The position numbers and the translations under genes were made by a program. Below, one piece after another: positions 11,497 through 13,200 of a DNA stretch of 13,200 bases. Source of the stretch: a virus. Its lineage: Duplodnaviria; Heunggongvirae; Uroviricota; Caudoviricetes. The stretch lies in the IMG/VR virus record IMGVR_UViG_2657245439_000001; one strand, 5' to 3'. The notes under the pieces were generated by a model, which ran no database searches, was not told where the DNA came from, and was given only the letters and a program-made list of their open reading frames with translations. Numbering within the stretch: the stretch's first letter is position 1; every line of letters begins with the position of its first letter.

Positions 11497-12016
11497 TCAG
11501 CAACCCCGGTATCAGTTCATCCAGCGCGGCTGCTTTGTTCATGGCTTTGATGATATCCCGTTTCAGGAAATCAACATGTCGGTTTTCCAGTTCCGGAAAA
11601 CGCCGCTGCACCGACAGGGGGATCCCGTCGAGAATACTGGCAATTTCACCTGCGATCCGCGACAGCACGAAAGTACAGAATGCGGTTTCCACCACTTCAG
11701 CGGAGTCTCTGGCATTTTTCAGCTCCTGTGCGTCGGCCTGCGCACGCGTAAGTCGATGGCGTTCGTACTCAATAGTCCCTGGCTGGAGATCTGTCTCGCT
11801 GGCCTGCCGCAGTTCTTCAACCTCCCGGCGCAGCTTTTCGTTCTCAATTTCAGCATCCCTTTCGGCATACCATTTTATGACGGCGGCAGAGTCATAAAGC
11901 ACCTCATTACCCTTGCCACCGCCTCGCAGAACGGGCATTCCCTGTTCCTGCCAGTTCTGAATGGTACGGATACTCGCACCGAAAATGTCAGCCAGCTGCT
12001 TTTTGTTGACTTCCAT
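11471..12016 (-). CDS. Nu1: Terminase small subunit Nu1
   Basis: 181-aa product MEVNKKQLADIFGASIRTIQNWQEQGMPVLRGGGKGNEVLYDSAAVIKWYAERDAEIENEKLRREVEELRQA... matches lambda gpNu1. ATG at 12016, immediately downstream of cosB. Confidence 0.95.
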
Positions 12017-12040
12017 TGTTCATTCCACGGACAAAAACAG

Positions 12041-12153
12041 AGAAAGGAAACGACAGAGGCCAAAAAGCTCGCTTTCAGCACCTGTCGTTTCCTTTCTTTT
12101 CAGGGGGTATTTTAAATAAAAACACTAAGTTACGACGAAGAAGAACGGAAACG
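12041..12153 (-). promoter_or_regulatory. cosB: cosB: three Nu1-binding R elements (R1 12041-12052, R2 12086-12097, R3 12142-12153) flanking an AT-rich IHF-type bend region
   Basis: Three copies of the CGTTTCC(T/G)TTCT motif: agaaaggaaacg at 12041-12052 and agaacggaaacg at 12142-12153 in one orientation, cgtttcctttct at 12086-12097 in the other. An AT-rich stretch (ttttaaataaaaacactaagtta) lies between R2 and R3. This is the arrangement of lambda cosB. Confidence 0.8.
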
Positions 12154-12193
12154 ACTTAAACCGGAAAATTTTCATAAATAGCGAAAACCCGCG

Positions 12194-12205
12194 AGGTCGC
12201 CGCCC
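12194..12205 (-). other. cosN: cosN cohesive-end sequence (minus-strand GGGCGGCGACCT, the 12-nt 5' overhang of the lambda left end)
   Basis: Plus strand 12194-12205 is aggtcgccgccc, the reverse complement of GGGCGGCGACCT. It is followed on the minus strand by CGCGGGTTTTCGCTATTTATGAAAATTTTCCGG, as at the lambda left end, and lies about 190 nt upstream of the Nu1 ATG. Confidence 0.85.
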
Positions 12206-12505
12206 CGTAGCCTGCCGGATCGCCGGAAAGGACCCGCAAGCGTTCTGGTTTATTCGCAATGAATTCAATGTCTGACAGACCAGCGTCGTGCGACCACGGT
12301 CGCACGCTCCTGAATACATGCCCTGTTTCTTCCACCCTCGCACAAGACTGGCGAGCATGAGGGACAAACCCGCGAATCATTAGCTCGGTAAAAACCCGGT
12401 GTGCATCGTTTTGATTATTCCCGCACACTCGCGCAGAAGGAATTCCCCGTCGGGCTACGGTCATGGTTAATGCGGGAATACGGCGACGATACAGCGCATA
12501 ATGTG

Positions 12506-13054
12506 TCAGGCTTGAATACCTTTATCGAATCCCGGTAATAAAAACTGTCCCTGTCTCTCCAGACGTTCCAGCTTTGCAAGCAATTGAGGTTTTTTCGTTC
12601 TCCCCCAGCGATTGAGCAGACGGCCTGACATGCTGGCGACATCCTTCTCTTTCATGTACTCCAGCATTACGGCGTTACGTTCTGCTTCATAACTTTCGCT
12701 GTACTTACGGAGTTCTGCTGACATCCAGTTAAACGCATTGATATAGGCTTCTTTAACAGCATCGGCTTTTGCCCCGTTAAATCCCATAACCAGCATAACG
12801 AAGCCACTAAAGTCCATGCGGTAGTAAATCTGTTTCTTGTCAAAAATCCCTAAGTCATTGATTTTCTCGACGGCCCAAAAATGGGTTGTCGAGAATTCCT
12901 CAGAACATCTCAAACATTTAATAGCCCTAATCACATGCTGATGGCGTTTACCAAATGCCCTGGCAATCTGGAAGGTGTCAGTTACCGGTTGACCTTCTGC
13001 TGCGGTAACTAACTGGCGAAAGTCGAAGTCATGATTCGCAATTAATTCATTCAT
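12506..13054 (-). CDS. Rha-family phage regulatory protein (putative; alternative GTG start at 13123)
   Basis: ORF in late-operon orientation. The N-terminal region MNELIANHDFDFRQLVTAAEGQPVTDTFQIARAFGKRHQHVIRAIKCL resembles the Rha-family (Phage_pRha) N-terminal pattern, including the FGKRH-x-x-V-(I/L)-R motif. No database search was possible. The ATG at 13054 is chosen over the upstream GTG. Confidence 0.55.
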   Translation of the reverse strand: MNELIANHDFDFRQLVTAAEGQPVTDTFQIARAFGKRHQHVIRAIKCLRCSEEFSTTHFWAVEKINDLGIFDKKQIYYRMDFSGFVMLVMGFNGAKADAVKEAYINAFNWMSAELRKYSESYEAERNAVMLEYMKEKDVASMSGRLLNRWGRTKKPQLLAKLERLERQGQFLLPGFDKGIQA

Positions 13055-13200
13055 GGCGTTGCCTGCTTCTTTGAAATGAACCTTTGCCGCACAGGAAACC
13101 AGCCCACCGAGGCTCGCCAGCACTAACTGGTATCCTCAAAGGCCCATTCCAAAGGGTCAGGTTCGGTGTTTATTGTGCGCTGCGGTGCGCGGTGAAATAC

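Noticed and set aside
12125-12464. Minus-strand ORFs 12125..12367 (80 aa) and 12156..12464 (102 aa)
   Set aside because: They run across cosN and cosB, whereas the mature genome end lies inside them. They have no RBS and no homology signal, so this region is better explained as the cos and cosQ-side non-coding spacer.
12415-12642. 75-aa minus-strand ORF overlapping the 3' end of the Rha-like gene in another frame
   Set aside because: It overlaps a better-supported CDS out of frame and has no distinctive features; likely spurious.

Overview
This window is the left-arm morphogenesis region of a lambda-like (lambdoid) siphovirus or prophage of the enterobacterial type, with every gene on the minus strand. 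Reading in gene order (high to low coordinates) it contains: a Rha-family regulator, a complete cos site (cosN and cosB), terminase Nu1 and A, W, portal B, protease C with nested scaffold Nu3, decoration protein D, major capsid E, FI, FII, Z, U, major tail tube V, the tail chaperone pair G and T, and the first ~600 codons of tape measure H, which runs off the window edge. Gene order, overlaps and protein lengths match the phage lambda head genes from recall (Nu1 181, A 641, W 68, B 533, C 439, D 110, E 341, FII 117, U 131, V 246 aa). The packaging and head module looks fully intact. The tail module carries two independent lesions: an in-frame TAG at codon 137 of H, and a deletion at the G/T junction that truncates G to 116 aa, removes the expected -1 slippery site and leaves T in the +1 frame. 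Z also has a divergent, shorter central segment. The most interesting reading is therefore a packaging- and head-proficient but tail-defective lambdoid element; this is inferred from sequence alone and needs read-level and functional confirmation. All homology statements rest on recalled lambda protein sequences, not on a database search.
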